Origin: Phoronis australis
Taxonomy: Eukaryota > Animalia > Phoronida
Length of the DNA: 64,000 nucleotides
Assembly: GCA_002633005.1 (NCBI GenBank)
Contig: NMRA01000001.1
Coordinates: 4,081,101-4,145,100, forward strand
Reading direction: 5' to 3'
Part shown: positions 48,851 through 62,588 of the stretch, piece by piece
Layout: the number at the start of each line of letters is the position of its first letter
Position numbering within the stretch: the first letter of the stretch is position 1
Program-made: the position numbers and the translations under genes
The notes under the pieces: model-generated
What the model was told of the DNA's origin: nothing
Databases searched by the model: none
What the model saw: only the letters and a program-made list of their open reading frames with translations

Positions 48851-50179
48851 TGACGCCAGTGAAACTCCTTATAAGGCAATGAGATGAGCTCAATTTCTAT
48901 TGGTTGATGACAATGAGAAATGTCCCAAAACTAACCAATAGTATTCATCTAAGTGAGAAATGCACAAACAACAACCAACAAGTCATCAAATGCGTTTCTA
49001 TTCAAAGCTGACATTTCTAACACTGCTGCCGGTAAGTCCGACCAGTGTCATGGGGCGTACTGAATATTGAAAAATGCGCTACGAAAGCACCTTTTGCTTT
49101 GGAATGAAGTTTCTTATATCTGAAATGACTGATGGCCGATCTATTTGAGCAATGGCTGACTAGTTGATAATATTACGAAAGTGGCTGTCATTTCAAGCAA
49201 TTTTCTAAAATTTTGTCCGTCTGTATTAATGCCAGCTGTCCAGGCGAACCTGTCCAAAATAAAATTCAGGTCAGTCAAAAGACGGCCAAGGTGTCTGTCG
49301 TATAAACCCCTGTGGAACGGTGTCGGGCTTACTAGTTAGGGTTTCGTAGAATTAATCACTGAGCCTTTATCATTTTCAATGAGCTGCGCTCTCTGTTGTC
49401 CTTACCGAACACAAACAATGACTGCAAAAGCGGTTAATGATCAGTGACTCTGGTCCCAGACTGCACCTCCAGTGAGCAGGTAGTGTGTAGCTTTTGTGTA
49501 TTGGCTAACAAGAGTTCAGGAATAGAAATGTGCAGGCTCTCAAGGACTGTGTTTGACATTTGTTCTCTGGATATACAGGATTTGTACAGATCCATAATAT
49601 TAAGCCCAGTACTATAAGCCTCATTCAATATACAAATGCACAGGTGTATCCAGTAAAGCAAGTGTTAGCCTAGTTAAACAAAATCAGTCAAGATCATGAA
49701 CCTTCAATGCCTTTATTCAGGGGGGGGGTCAAATATCAGCCCCTTTCTACTGTTATGTATATGAACAGAATCGTGGGAACATTCCCCTCAAGGTTAAAAT
49801 CACTTTAATAAGGTTGGTGTTGGCTACTTCAGGCTTTGCCAATGAGGGTTACTGACCAGAGGGAGAGGGAAGAGGAATATTTCACCTTTAACCAAAAATT
49901 CCCATCTTGGAAGGCACGGGCACCTTTCCCCTCTGGTGAGCAAGGGCCCTGGCACTGTAATGCTACATCTGGCTAGTGTTAGCAAACAGATATACCACCC
50001 CAATAGTTCACACTGCAAATGGTTGACATTGATGGTGGTTGGATGTCTGCGCTGGACTGCTGAATTATTTATGGGATATAATGGAATATTACCCCTATGT
50101 ATGTTAAGATTTATCATGTACAGGAGTCCAATGTGTGAGTATACTCAATGAACGCACCCCTGCTTAGAAATGTTGTTAT

Positions 50180-50799
50180 GGTAATAGGATACCTTGGTTT
50201 TTAAGGATCAAAGTTTTTAATAACTTTAAAGAGTACAATAGTAGACCCATAAAATTATGCATTTTAAATATTCTTGATCATCACAAAGTAATCGTAATCA
50301 TGTGGTTACTTTTTTGTAAAAACATGATTTTTTCACAGAGATTGTCGAGACTTCCCTAAACATATTTTTATTCGCACAAAACATGAAAATTCTGTTTATT
50401 CGAACTAGGTATGACAGGGTGTTTGCGATTTTATTTTAAGGCCTTGTAACCAGATAGCTCTGGAGTCAATCGAGACTTTCAAGGATTGCTGATGTCTGCA
50501 TTTTTGTCCGGAGTTTTCAGGATAAAAGTCTTACAAGAAAATCCCAGACACTCTTGTGTAGCTAATGGAATAAAGAAACTAAATTTTCAAGTTAAATACG
50601 GAAAAATTCTTTTTTGCTGAAATTATAACAATCTCTGTCAAAAATAAAGATTTTAAAATTTTTTCATAATTTCGAGCACCTGGGCACTATTTCTATGCAT
50701 ACAAAAAGATTCTATATAATCATCAAGGATTTTAAAAATATAGTTTTATGGGTCTAGTTAAGAAATTTGATCCTTGATGACAGATGGTATCCCAGTACC
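50180..50799. mobile_element. 620-bp palindromic (foldback) non-autonomous element with GG termini at a TTAA site (Kolobok-like)
   Basis: ttat|ggtaataggatacc vs ggtatcccagtacc|ttaa (12/14); the arms keep matching inward (aaggatcaaa, tagacccataaaa, cacagagattg) to a centre near 50480. Confidence 0.8.
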
Positions 50800-53700
50800 T
50801 TAATTTCTGTAGATTGACCTAGTGATAATATTTGTTCCAGACTGATGTTGGTCTAACATGTTCAATGGGCAAGGTGCACTGATAGGCAATCAGTAGTGGA
50901 TGCTCTCAGTCTCTGATAATACACACTTACTGAAGATCAATCCTCCTATTGATTTTCTGAGCTGGCCAGATTCTTTTAAGGAATCTCATAGAATTCTAGT
51001 AAAATATTAGTTCTCTGTTTCGCATGGAAAAGAGCCACGTGGTCCTGTGATTTCAGACACATACATGTACAAATGTATATGAATCGTGTTCACCAGCCTG
51101 TTTCTGAATACCTCGAAGCAAATGTACACATTTACTGGAAATGGAAAATTCCAAGTATTTGCTTTATTATGTATGAATTTATTTCTGTAAAGAAAGTGGA
51201 TATTAACCTGGTAAGGCGGCCAAATAAGTGTCGGTTTTGCAAACTTTTCAGCGAGCCTATCGGTCAGTAGATGTCACGTAACAACCTTGTCTGCCAAATA
51301 AGACGATTTTGCTATTCATCTGACAAAATTTTACGTAACATGGTAGAGACAAGGCTGACATGTTGCAAAGAAAATATTTTCACTTGTCACTGTGAGTGGC
51401 ATGAGATGATGGATTAGATATACTATACTGAGCACAGCTCGATAAAGTGCATGACGTCAAATCCGAACAACTCAAGTGACAATTTATTGATAATCGTGCT
51501 CATCTTCTTTGCTTCAACTTTCCAAAAAGAAACTTAGGCCACATGATTGTTTGCATTATTTAGTGATGATCTTGAAAAGTCATGATAGATAGTTTGTAAT
51601 TGAGTGATGCGCACGATGGGTTTCATTTCGAATGGCCATTTGCCTAGTTCATTACAGTTTTCAAAGCACCAGCTTTGGCAATTTCATCAGTGGTACCTGG
51701 ACGAACTACAGAATATAAAGTTGCATATACACGAGAGATGGCTGTAACAAAGTACCTAACATGGAACAGCTCAGTGGATTCAAGTGTGTGTGTAAACGCG
51801 ACTGACACAGAGTAAGTTGACGCCGCGGCGGCCATTTTTGAGACCGGTTTGAGGGGTAGAGCAAGATACACTCAATCAGTTGTTTCAATTTCAACTACAC
51901 GTCTAAACACAAGTGGGGCACGGGAAAAGTGATCCTCTTTCAATGCGCTTGCACAATAGAGTATATACGGGTGATCCGCTGGCATTCCATGTGGTTTGGA
52001 TGTTTGCTGTTGTTTATGCGAGCATGCACAGACAGTCTCTGTGTGACTCTTGCTGATCCAGTTTGCGATCTAATGTCGTGTAAATGTGGCTGAAGTGGAG
52101 CAAGCCGCGTCATGACAACTGACAAGACGATAGCTGTCTCTGTATAGAAGCTGCTTTATCTTTCTCCATGCTGCTAATACCTCACTCCTTATTCCTCGGG
52201 GAAACCGAAAGAATAGGCAACTTGTTATGACCCATGAAAGTTTGTTGGGAGAATGGCAAAAGTTATCATTTGGCTGACAGGATGTGACAGTGATATTTAC
52301 CACTGGGTGCCTTGAAAGTTTGTTGGGTGAATAGCTTAGATGTGATTATTTTACCAACAAGGTGTGACCGCGATGATGTTGGCTAATGAGAACATGTTTG
52401 TCAGATAAATAACAAAAATCTGATTATTTGTCTGACAAGTTTGTGACGTTACATTAACGAATGAGTTTGCTGAGAGTTTGTCCGGTGAATAGTATTTGAC
52501 GGACATGGGGTGACATCTCAAAAATCCACCAATGACATCGTTGAATGATTTGTCATCTACATAGCTTATTTGACTGAGCTGTTTGTTGTAGCAAAAACTG
52601 GCTTATTTAACCAACTTGTTGGGTAAATAGGGTACACCATCTGCAAACACTGCTGGTCTGATAATTGTCAGACTGACAAGGTGCAAGCCAACATACCCAC
52701 ATACCAGTAGTGCAACTGTGCATGCACCACCATCATAGGTATTCTGGTCAATATAAATATATTGGTTGACACTCGTGATTATGAAACTGTCTACCCACTG
52801 CTTCTGTAAATGTTAATTTGAGCACCCACTGCTTGGATCCACCCAGAAAGGGAAGAGCTTCAAGCGCCCTCTGAGGGTTATTGCCCACTGGCATTTTTCA
52901 TCATTGAGTACTAGTATATTAAAAAAAAATGGTAAAAGTACTTTCAAATGTGAAAACTGCTGAGCTGGTAAAGTCCCTGGGATGTGCCCTCGTTTTCCTA
53001 GCCGCCACTAGAGAATGCGTTCCTGTTCTTATGACTTGCGGTAGCGGCTATCTTCATTTAAAATATGTACACGGCAGGGTTGTGGGAAGTGGAGGCCGAA
53101 CGGGAGGGTCACATCGTGGCCCAAATGAATTCATTTGCAGCATCATGGGCGAAACTAATGGGTGGGGAAGTTGTCCAGTAAAGTGTTTGTCATTTTTCCA
53201 TCGTAATACGATTTGCGGATCTGATGTGAATAAGTGCTGGCGAAATTTGTGGGGGAGGGAAATTGCTGGTGACTGGCTAGTGGTGTGGTCATATTTTCAG
53301 ATTCCTACTTTTGAAGTAAAAATGACTTCAATTGTAGTTCTTTTTGAATATTTCACTTTCGCAACAGTCATAGGAAGTGCGGGGAGGGCAGAGGGGACGA
53401 ATACTCCTGCGGTCCTGCTCATGAACATTGAGGGCAGTGTTCACTCTACTTATTGGTCGTTAAAATGTGTTTTGAATTGAGCTGTCCTTGATTACACAGC
53501 GACACTCCAGTTGCTGTATTTACCCACAATGCCGAAAACATCTGTCAGGCTCGTTTGCTGCCTTGTTTTTGTGCCACTGGAGTTTCACATTTTATTTTTT
53601 TGTTGTCTGATTCTTAACAAGTTTTTCTCAGTTGCATTACTCAGTTCGTCCTTCCAATGCCTACCAATTATTACTGCTGTACTGTGTGCTGCAACTCTGA

Positions 53701-56700
53701 CTTGGACAAATAACCCTGGGGTGCGTGATCTGAAATTCTTCGCCTTCCCAACACCAGTGAGAGACATGAAAATGTGCATGATTTCCAAAAGTAGGTCACG
53801 TGCTTTCTTATCTTCGGGACAAGGAGAATTCTATCACCGTGTAATCCAGGACGGCCCTATTGAATGAATGAATTGTGGATCTACCTTGAAGGTTCACAAT
53901 TGGTATTGTCGGGAGGGGGGGGATGGGGGCTCACATTTGCTTTGCCCCCTCTGAAGAAAACCTTAGTTTTAACTTTTTATGGCTATCTGACTTGCCTAGC
54001 TGATGCCTGTGAGAGCCTAATGTCATTTTTAATTCACATCAGCGTGCAAAGCCTCTTTTGCCAAGGAGAAGAGTAATTTTCAATTCCTGAGCTATTTCTG
54101 GACAAGTGACCTACATTTAGAATGCTTGTGGAAAGTTCCTGCAACAAGGTTAATGGTTGTATGTCAGAAAACCAATGGGGAACTTCCTGCATATTTTGCC
54201 ACTAGGATCACTAGTAGCGTGGGTCCTTACGATTGCCATTTTTCTGTGTATTTGTTATGGTCTGGGTTGTTTGTAGCTGGTTTTATTATGTTACTGATGA
54301 GTGATATTTGTTGAAAACTTGCATGTGTAGTTAATAAAGACTTTGTGAAGTTCATACTCAGATTTTATACAAAATACGTTTTTTAAACTCTAATTTACCA
54401 TTGAAATGGAGTGATTCATTTCCATGGGCCTGACATCGACGGAAAAACGAGACGTACAGGTTTAAATTTTTAGCTGAATTTAATGTAAGGTAATCTTGAG
54501 CAGTGTGTTTTTATTGTAGTCTTTTCAAGATATCAAAGTAATGAGTAAATAAGTACTCAGCGATGCATGCAGTGTTTTCTGTTGCATTGACCGGCGGAGT
54601 GTCTAGTGGCAGCACTGTATCTCCTATGAACAGATAAATGTGATAACTAATGACATCCATATTCATGAGCAGAATATTCAGAAGTGTGTTAACAAACAAT
54701 AGCACTTATCCCGTGGTGTACTACAGAGGTACAGTAGGCCTATTTGATTTCATATCTGATGTGCTGCGGTACTCAGACATGTGAGTCAACGTGGCCCGAT
54801 TCCTTAGGTACGAGCGCACTTGACAGGTTTACAAACGATCCATTTTTTCCATATCTTATAAATATATATGTATGATAAGTTTTTGAGTGGCTTGAAAGAC
54901 CACGAGATGTTTTTCTTACAATTTTTGCATTTTGTAGGGCTTGTAACTCGTATGTTTGATTACTGGGAAAACCTTTTTGAATGGACGACTTTCTCGAGTC
55001 ACTTTTAATCACGCTATCTTGCTTAAAGTGGGGGTTTTAACATGCCAACTCTAAAAGGTGGCTACCACAATTTTCATCGGTAAAACATTGCACTACTTCC
55101 TGAATAACTTAAGTGTCTGTCCAAATGCGACAGCCAGGTACAAAAGTTTCTAGTTTAATAAAGGGTGGACGTTTGCTGGAGGTCTCACACTGTCACTGGT
55201 CGCTGAAAGCACTGAAATTTGAACACTGCACAACCTGCGCAAAACTGTAGCTTAGTGTACCTTTCCACATTTATTAGAGAACTTATCGCGTCTCTGAAAA
55301 CAACTTAATGTAACTCCAAAGCGAGTTCACAAATACGCAACTAATGTCTCTCAATCAGCTCGTGTAGTTATATGTGCAATCAACTGCTAATTAGACTAAA
55401 AAGCTGCTATAAACTTGTTTTCGGACTGTCAGTGAACCATAGTTTGATCAAGACCACTTACCGATATAGGACTGGTTCGTGCTATTTCCTTACTGAGATG
55501 AGAAGTCTGGACATGGGCAGAACTATGCTTGGTATATTAGATATGATAACCCGCCTTGTCAAGCCTACTTGTTGAGTCTGGTCTCAGCTGAACAATAATA
55601 ATGAGCGTTTATTAGTTCTTTCAAAGCCATGAATCGGGCAAGACGAGTCTCATAACTGTGAGTGGTCTAAACCAACGTAGTTTGTTTTTTACGTAAGGCT
55701 TTTCCGTATAGGACCTACATTTTTGCTTGCTTGTTGGACATACTGTACAGACTTCAGAACACGGTTGAATGGAAACCCTTGAACCACGCAACAAAAACGC
55801 TAGGTCAAGTCAATGCTACTACTATTGTCGGCGTTCGGAATTCATATTTAGAATATAAACAAGAATACAAAAAAATTATTAACATGCAAACGAGGCCCAT
55901 ACGTATACAAGTATGAGTAAAAAATGCTGATCTAATGGTATGTATCGTGAGTGGCAGCAGTCTCACAGTGAGGTCGAGTTGTAGTGTGACCAGATGTCAA
56001 GCTTTAAATGTTTTTTTCAGCAGCAAATATGCATAAAAAGGCGTATATTGACTCTTAGTCAGATTTCATCTCGACATGTAATCTTATACACACTTCTCGA
56101 GCATCAAGTAATACCCATTGCTCTGACCAATGGACGGAAAAGCACTATGTTTCAACGGTAAATTAGTCATATAAGGAATATCAGTATTTTGCTAATTATT
56201 CATGTCTAAGGCTTTGAAAGTCATTATGGATTGATTACACTGTCATTAACGTATTTGCAAAAAACAGTCGTAAACAATCAGTGTCCATAACGAATCGGGA
56301 GAATATGGCAACTGGAACAACTCGTACTCTTAGGGATCCTTTGAACATTTTTGACTAGTAAGAATAAACAAACATTACTAATCAAATATTGGTAACTTGT
56401 GTTTAGGGACAAGAAGATGTGTTGATGGTTATTTCTTTGGAGGACATCGGTTCTTGAGCTGTTTGTGGGGACTCTTGCCTACTTCGAAAGACTGCTTCAA
56501 CCAGCATAATCTCTGGCATTGATTTTTTCACTTGTCTGCTTGACAACAAGGGATTTTTATATTTGACTACAAGCCACATGTATGTCCAGCTGACAAATCC
56601 TTTAATTCTCATTTGATTAAATTTTAAAGTTTCAGTTCACTGCCTGACTGCATCTAATTATGTTGGCAGGCATTAGATATCTTGTTGTAGGAAGAGTTTC

Positions 56701-59700
56701 TCGGGAAATTCATCTAATTTAAAGAAACACTTGTCCATAAAAAGAACTTCATCTCGATAAGGGGGAGGAGACATTGTGGCCCAGTGTGATAGATCCCCGC
56801 CACACACTTCTGGACCCTTGAGCCAGGTTTCCACCTCCTCAGCTCAGTTTTAACAATACATTAAATTAAATAAAGCTCAAAAATGGTTCCTGGCTATCAG
56901 TGCAACGGGCCCACATGCGCAGCCCGCGCACGTCTGGTGCAACGTGTACGAGGTGCCTGCCATTATTTTTTATATATTTATGTTCTTAAGGGCCTAAATG
57001 TCTACTTTCATGGTACAGCTAACGTCCTCACTGAGTGGTTCTCAGGTATCACTGTTTCTAAATTCAGATCTGATGTCATCTCAGCGTTATCAGGAAGGCT
57101 GTACAATGTGTGCAATGTGTGCTTGTGTTTGTCTTAAGGTAAATAGCTTATTGTGAGTAAATATACAAATGTTCTGGCAGCTGTGCTGGCTTCTCAATGA
57201 AAAATGGAGTATTCTTGCGCATATCCGAAAAATTATTAGGCAGGAGACTGGTAATAAAAGAGTAGGAAGGAAATTATGCTGCTATCAAGTACTTGCTTGA
57301 CATGGATCGGATCTCTGCATTGGAAGACCTTACTTCTTGGGCTGTTGCTTTGATAGATTTGTGTTGTGTGACTTTGTGGGCATGTTCAAAATTTTTTCAC
57401 ACCTGTAAAATTCATGGCAGAATCGGAAACACTACATGTCCGAACATGCAGTGGTGACCCCGGGTGAAGCACAACCAAACTGGTTACCGACTGGCATAGG
57501 GAGTGTTTCTCAAAGCTAAAAGCTGGCATTACCACACAAGTCAAGAGTGTTAAATGTGCAGCACTGATACAAATCTTATTCTACATACTATGTATACACT
57601 TGCCTTCATATTTGCTGCTGACAGGATTCTTAAACCAATTCATTGCGTGTACAGAATAATATAAAGCTAGGTGCCAGCTAATGTACGGGAATCAGCTTTC
57701 GCTGTGTTTTCGCTAGGCATGGGAAGTTGCCCTGGTAATACATGCTTAAGTTAGGGAACAAGAGTATCACCTAAAAGCTGTGCTGTTATCAATGCTTTTT
57801 AAGTATCATTTGTTATTGTTATCAACTTTTCTGTTCTTAATTATCACATTTCATTTTTTTATTGAATGTCCATTTTCTTGTTGATGTCCATTTTCATAGT
57901 TATTTCGCTGTACACAAATGTGATGGTACGGTAATAATATAATGAAGTACATACATGCAAAGCATACCTCAAACTCACATGTCGAGATATATTCATGAAT
58001 GTACGATTTACTTGTGTAGCTGTAGTGAACAAAATCGTCGATCAAATTATCTCGATGCTATTCCCATCATAGTAGAGCGGGGAGCCGATTGTTGTGCGAA
58101 CAGATTGTGGAAGATATGTGCTAGCAGCTGATGGTCCGTGGTAATAGTGAATCTGATCCTCTGATGAAAACGTCAAAATGTTCTTGTAATTTTGAATCTG
58201 GTGGAGATGGTATGAGGAGCGCGCTCTGCGTCATTACAACAAAAAAAAATTCATGAATGCACTCCGATTGCTTAACTCTGGCCAACAGGTCTACTAGAAC
58301 TGAAACCAGAAAAGGACCAAAAAATAACATGTCCCCTAGGTTTTCCAAATTTGTCCAATTTGGGCCAGTTCACCCATACCCACATTTCTCAAATATGGTC
58401 CCTGATCTAGAAACTCATGTACAATAGTGGTATGTATTTTAAAAGAGTACAATTATTTCATGAAAAATCTACATGGGAGAAATGCCAGTAATATTTGCAT
58501 CCAAAGCATTCAGTTGGAAAGTTGTGTCACCCATATTGGCTGACACTGATCAAGGTACCTAAACCACACGGCTAATTGACTGCAAAACACCATGTCGGAC
58601 ACAAAAACACGGTTCACTCCGATAAAGCATGTCGAATACACTGCCATGCTCTCGTCGTCTTCCCAAGTAAGAAGAGCAAAATAGTGATTATTTCTACACT
58701 GAATGGAAATTGATCAGCATTCATGTATTTGACTTCGCCTTTGCCCAAGAAATGGGGTTTTAGTGCAAAAATACAATTTGAGACCCATATTTCAAAACCT
58801 AGTAGCACATGTTTTTATCCTTATTGGATGATTAGAACGTGTTATAATGAAGCCACCAGTACCTACATGATAATCCTAACGAAATCCATAGGTGGAAATT
58901 TCATAAATATCCTTACTTGTCACAAACTGGATCCAAATGATATTCCACCATTTTAGATTTGCCTCTAAGTCAGAAGTTAGATTCATTGAGGAATGATTGA
59001 ATAACAACGCCATCTCTCAGACTGGCTTAAGCATGTTTTACTAGGAGAAAGTTAACTGTGGTAAACAGTATAAACATAACGAGGAATATGCGATATCAGA
59101 ATAATTAAATGAAATTTCTATACAATCTTAGTTACCGGTGGTCTTGGGCGATTTTCTTAGGCGGCCGACGGCGTGAGTAATGTGTGACATCCTATTTCTA
59201 ATAGAATACCAACTGGTGGCGAAGTATCTTCACAAGGAGAACTTGTTGCCATGTTGCCAAATAGTATAGTATTAATGAGTGTAAATTAAACGTGAAAAAT
59301 TTTCATTCTGCCTGAAGCATTTGTGTACCAGAGCCCAACTGCTGGCCAGACTGGACATCACTGCTCCTCGGAGCAAGATGAAAACATTAATTAGGTCTGC
59401 GGGCCTTGAATAAATGAAATTCGTGTGACTGAGAGATTAAAAAAGTTACTGCGTCGTGCTCCTAACGCTACAATATGTTCCCATTGCCGTCATTCAGCTC
59501 GTAGCCTACAGTTCACTACACTACCCCCAGTTTGGGGAATGTTTTAGATAGCAAAGGTATTGCAAATTTTGGTGCACGTTTTAAAATATGTTTTGTCTAA
59601 TGTTTAAAATCAAAGTCAGCATGTGATTATTTTCCCGGCGAACTGACACATTGGAGAACTCCCTCTGGTTGTCGTGTCTGGGCAGCAAACATCAAGCACA

Positions 59701-60529
59701 TGTGCATGTTATTGTGATTCAGGAGAGGAGCACACTGTTTTGAAATAAAAAAATGTTTTTGTTTGTTGAAACATTGCCGGCCGTATGTGACTGTTTTTTT
59801 CTTTTAACGGCCAGTAAAGCCAGTGCCGATTTTCTGCCAAGTTACAGTATGAAATGCGCTGTCGTTAATCACGCGACAATTGTTGGTAACGGTACCTTGC
59901 ATTAGTTTCTCGATATGGCGACAAAGAAAAGAAAGCTTGTTCTTCTAATTTATTACCAGTACTGCTATTGAAATTTGACATACCCTCGCGATGAGTCAGG
60001 GCACCTCAATAGTGTTGGCTGTGGGAGATGCGACATATTCACAAATTAAATTATAATTGCATTAAATACCACTTGTCATGTGCAAAAAACAGATAAAATT
60101 ATGACAACAGATAATCAAATTCGTATAATAAGAACCAAGTGAGAATCAAAAACAACCAATCAGAATTCTAAGTAGGCTTACGCTGACGCTGATATCAATA
60201 CGTTTTCAAGGACATCTTGGCTGTTATTCCGGAATCATTAGCAAATGCTAAGGAACTGGTCACGCAAGTAGAATGGAATAGTCTATGACTTTCTGTTCTT
60301 GGCCGAGGTACAAAACTGTGCTCTAAAAGGCTTTTACTTTGGTAACAGAAAAGATGTGAACATTATACCATGATACATAGTACTTAATTTGGTATATATT
60401 TTCGAGTTTTGAACTAGATTAACCCTTTGAGATGAGGACTTTGAAGGCATGTTATAATCCTTCAATGTTCTTTTTTACTGTTCGTTAATTAATAGCAAAC
60501 ATGTCGCAGACATCAGCATGACGAGCGTT

Positions 60530-60903
60530 NNNNNNNNNNNNNNNNNNNNNNNNNNNNNNNNNNNNNNNNNNNNNNNNNNNNNNNNNNNNNNNNNNNNNNN
60601 NNNNNNNNNNNNNNNNNNNNNNNNNNNNNNNNNNNNNNNNNNNNNNNNNNNNNNNNNNNNNNNNNNNNNNNNNNNNNNNNNNNNNNNNNNNNNNNNNNNN
60701 NNNNNNNNNNNNNNNNNNNNNNNNNNNNNNNNNNNNNNNNNNNNNNNNNNNNNNNNNNNNNNNNNNNNNNNNNNNNNNNNNNNNNNNNNNNNNNNNNNNN
60801 NNNNNNNNNNNNNNNNNNNNNNNNNNNNNNNNNNNNNNNNNNNNNNNNNNNNNNNNNNNNNNNNNNNNNNNNNNNNNNNNNNNNNNNNNNNNNNNNNNNN
60901 NNN
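60530..60903. other. Assembly gap (N run)
   Basis: 374 N. Confidence 0.99.
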
Positions 60904-62100
60904 TGTAATCTTATACACACTTCTCGAGCATCAAGTAATACCCATTGCTCTGACCAATGGACGGAAAAGCACTATGTTTCAACGGTAAATTAGTCATATA
61001 AGGAATATCAGTATTTTGCTAATTATTCATGTCTAAGGCTTTGAAAGTCATTATGGATTGATTACACTGTCATTAACGTATTTGCAAAAAAACAGTCGTA
61101 AACAATCACTGTCCATAACGAATCGGGAGAAGATGGCAACTGGAACAACTCGTACTCTTAAGGATCCTTTGATTGAACATTTTTGACTAGGTAAGTAAGA
61201 ATAAACAAGCATTACTAATCAAATATTGGTAACTTGTGTTTAGGGACAAGAAGATGAGTTGATGGTTATTTCTTTGGAGGACATCGGTTGTTGAGCTGTT
61301 TGTGGGGACTCTTGCCTACTTCGGAAGACTGCTTCAACCAACATAATCTCTGGCATTGATTTTTTCACTTGTCTGCTTGACAACAAGGGATTTCTATATT
61401 TGACTACAAGCCATGTGTATGTCCAGCTGATAAATCCTTTAATTCTCATTTGATTAAATTTTAAAGTTTCAGTTCACTGCCTGACTGCATCTAATTATGT
61501 TGGCAGGCATTAGATATCTTGTTGCAGGAAGAGTTTCTCGGGAAATTCATCTAATTTAAAGAAACACTTGTCCATAAAAAGAACTTCATCTCGATCTGTT
61601 GTTAAGCGGGAGGAGACATTGTGGCCCAGTGTGATAGATCCCCGCCACACACTTCTGGACCCTTGAGCCAGGTCTCCAGCTCCTCAGCTCAGTTTTAACA
61701 ACATATTAATAAAGCTCAAAAATGGTTCCAGGTGATCACTGCAACAAGCCCACATGGGCAGCCTGCACACGTCTGGTGCACCGTGTACGAGGTGCCTGCC
61801 ATTATTTTTTATATATTTATGTTCTTAAGGGCCTAAATGTCCACTTTCATAGTACAGCTAACGTCCTCACTGAGTGGTTCTCAGGTATCACTGTTTCTAA
61901 ATTCAGATCTGATGTCATCTTAGCGTTGTCAGGAAGGCTGTACAATGTGTGCAATGTGTGCTTGTGCTTGTCTTAAGGTAAACAGCTTATTGTGAGTAAA
62001 TACACAAATGTTCTGGCAGCTATGCTGGCTTCTCAATTAAAAATGGAGTATTCTTGTGCATATCCGAAAAAATTATTAGGCAGGAGATTGGTAATAGAAG

Positions 62101-62588
62101 CAAGGCTTGGAATTTTCCACGGAAACGCAGATTTCCGCTTTTTTCTAATGTTCTGTCTGCGTATTTTATTATATTTCTGCGTAAAAAAATCGGATTTAAT
62201 ATAAAATTTCCACGGCAAAGTCCTTTCTTACCGCGGCGTTGCCGACGACTTTCACCTCGAAAAGCGGAAGTTGCTCTTTATGTTTCGCAGGAACGTAAAT
62301 TGTCAACATTGCTGGGGCATCTGGGATAGCATGGTGGATTTTTCAATGGCGACTCGTGTGATTGTAAACTGCGGTGACAAATACTATGACTCTGCAGCCA
62401 AAAATGCGTGGTGTTGGGAGTGGATGGACGAGCTAAAAAGACGCAGACGCACGCTTCTGGAGACGGTACCGTTTTTTTTTTTTTTTAAGTCTCGATTTTT
62501 GTGTGCAACAAAAGGTCTCGAGGCTGGGGAGCGTGCTTCGGGCCGTAAAAGTTTCCGCGTTTTCCGTCATCGGTCATTCCAAGCCCTG
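62101..62588 (+). mobile_element. 488-bp hAT-like non-autonomous transposon with 6-bp TSD; empty site visible in the other copy
   Basis: TIR caaggcttggaat / attccaagccctg (12/13); TSD tagaag at 62095-62100 and 62589-62594; empty allele ggtaataaaagagtagg at ~57250-57266; ttccac/ttccgc subterminal repeats. Confidence 0.9.

Noticed and set aside
52929-53867. 183-aa and 118-aa ORFs
   Set aside because: No recognisable motifs, composition looks non-coding, and no supporting splice chain.
56403-62204. Paired ORFs (69 aa, 84 aa) as duplicated genes
   Set aside because: They arise from the duplicated or allelic segment and show no protein-family signal.
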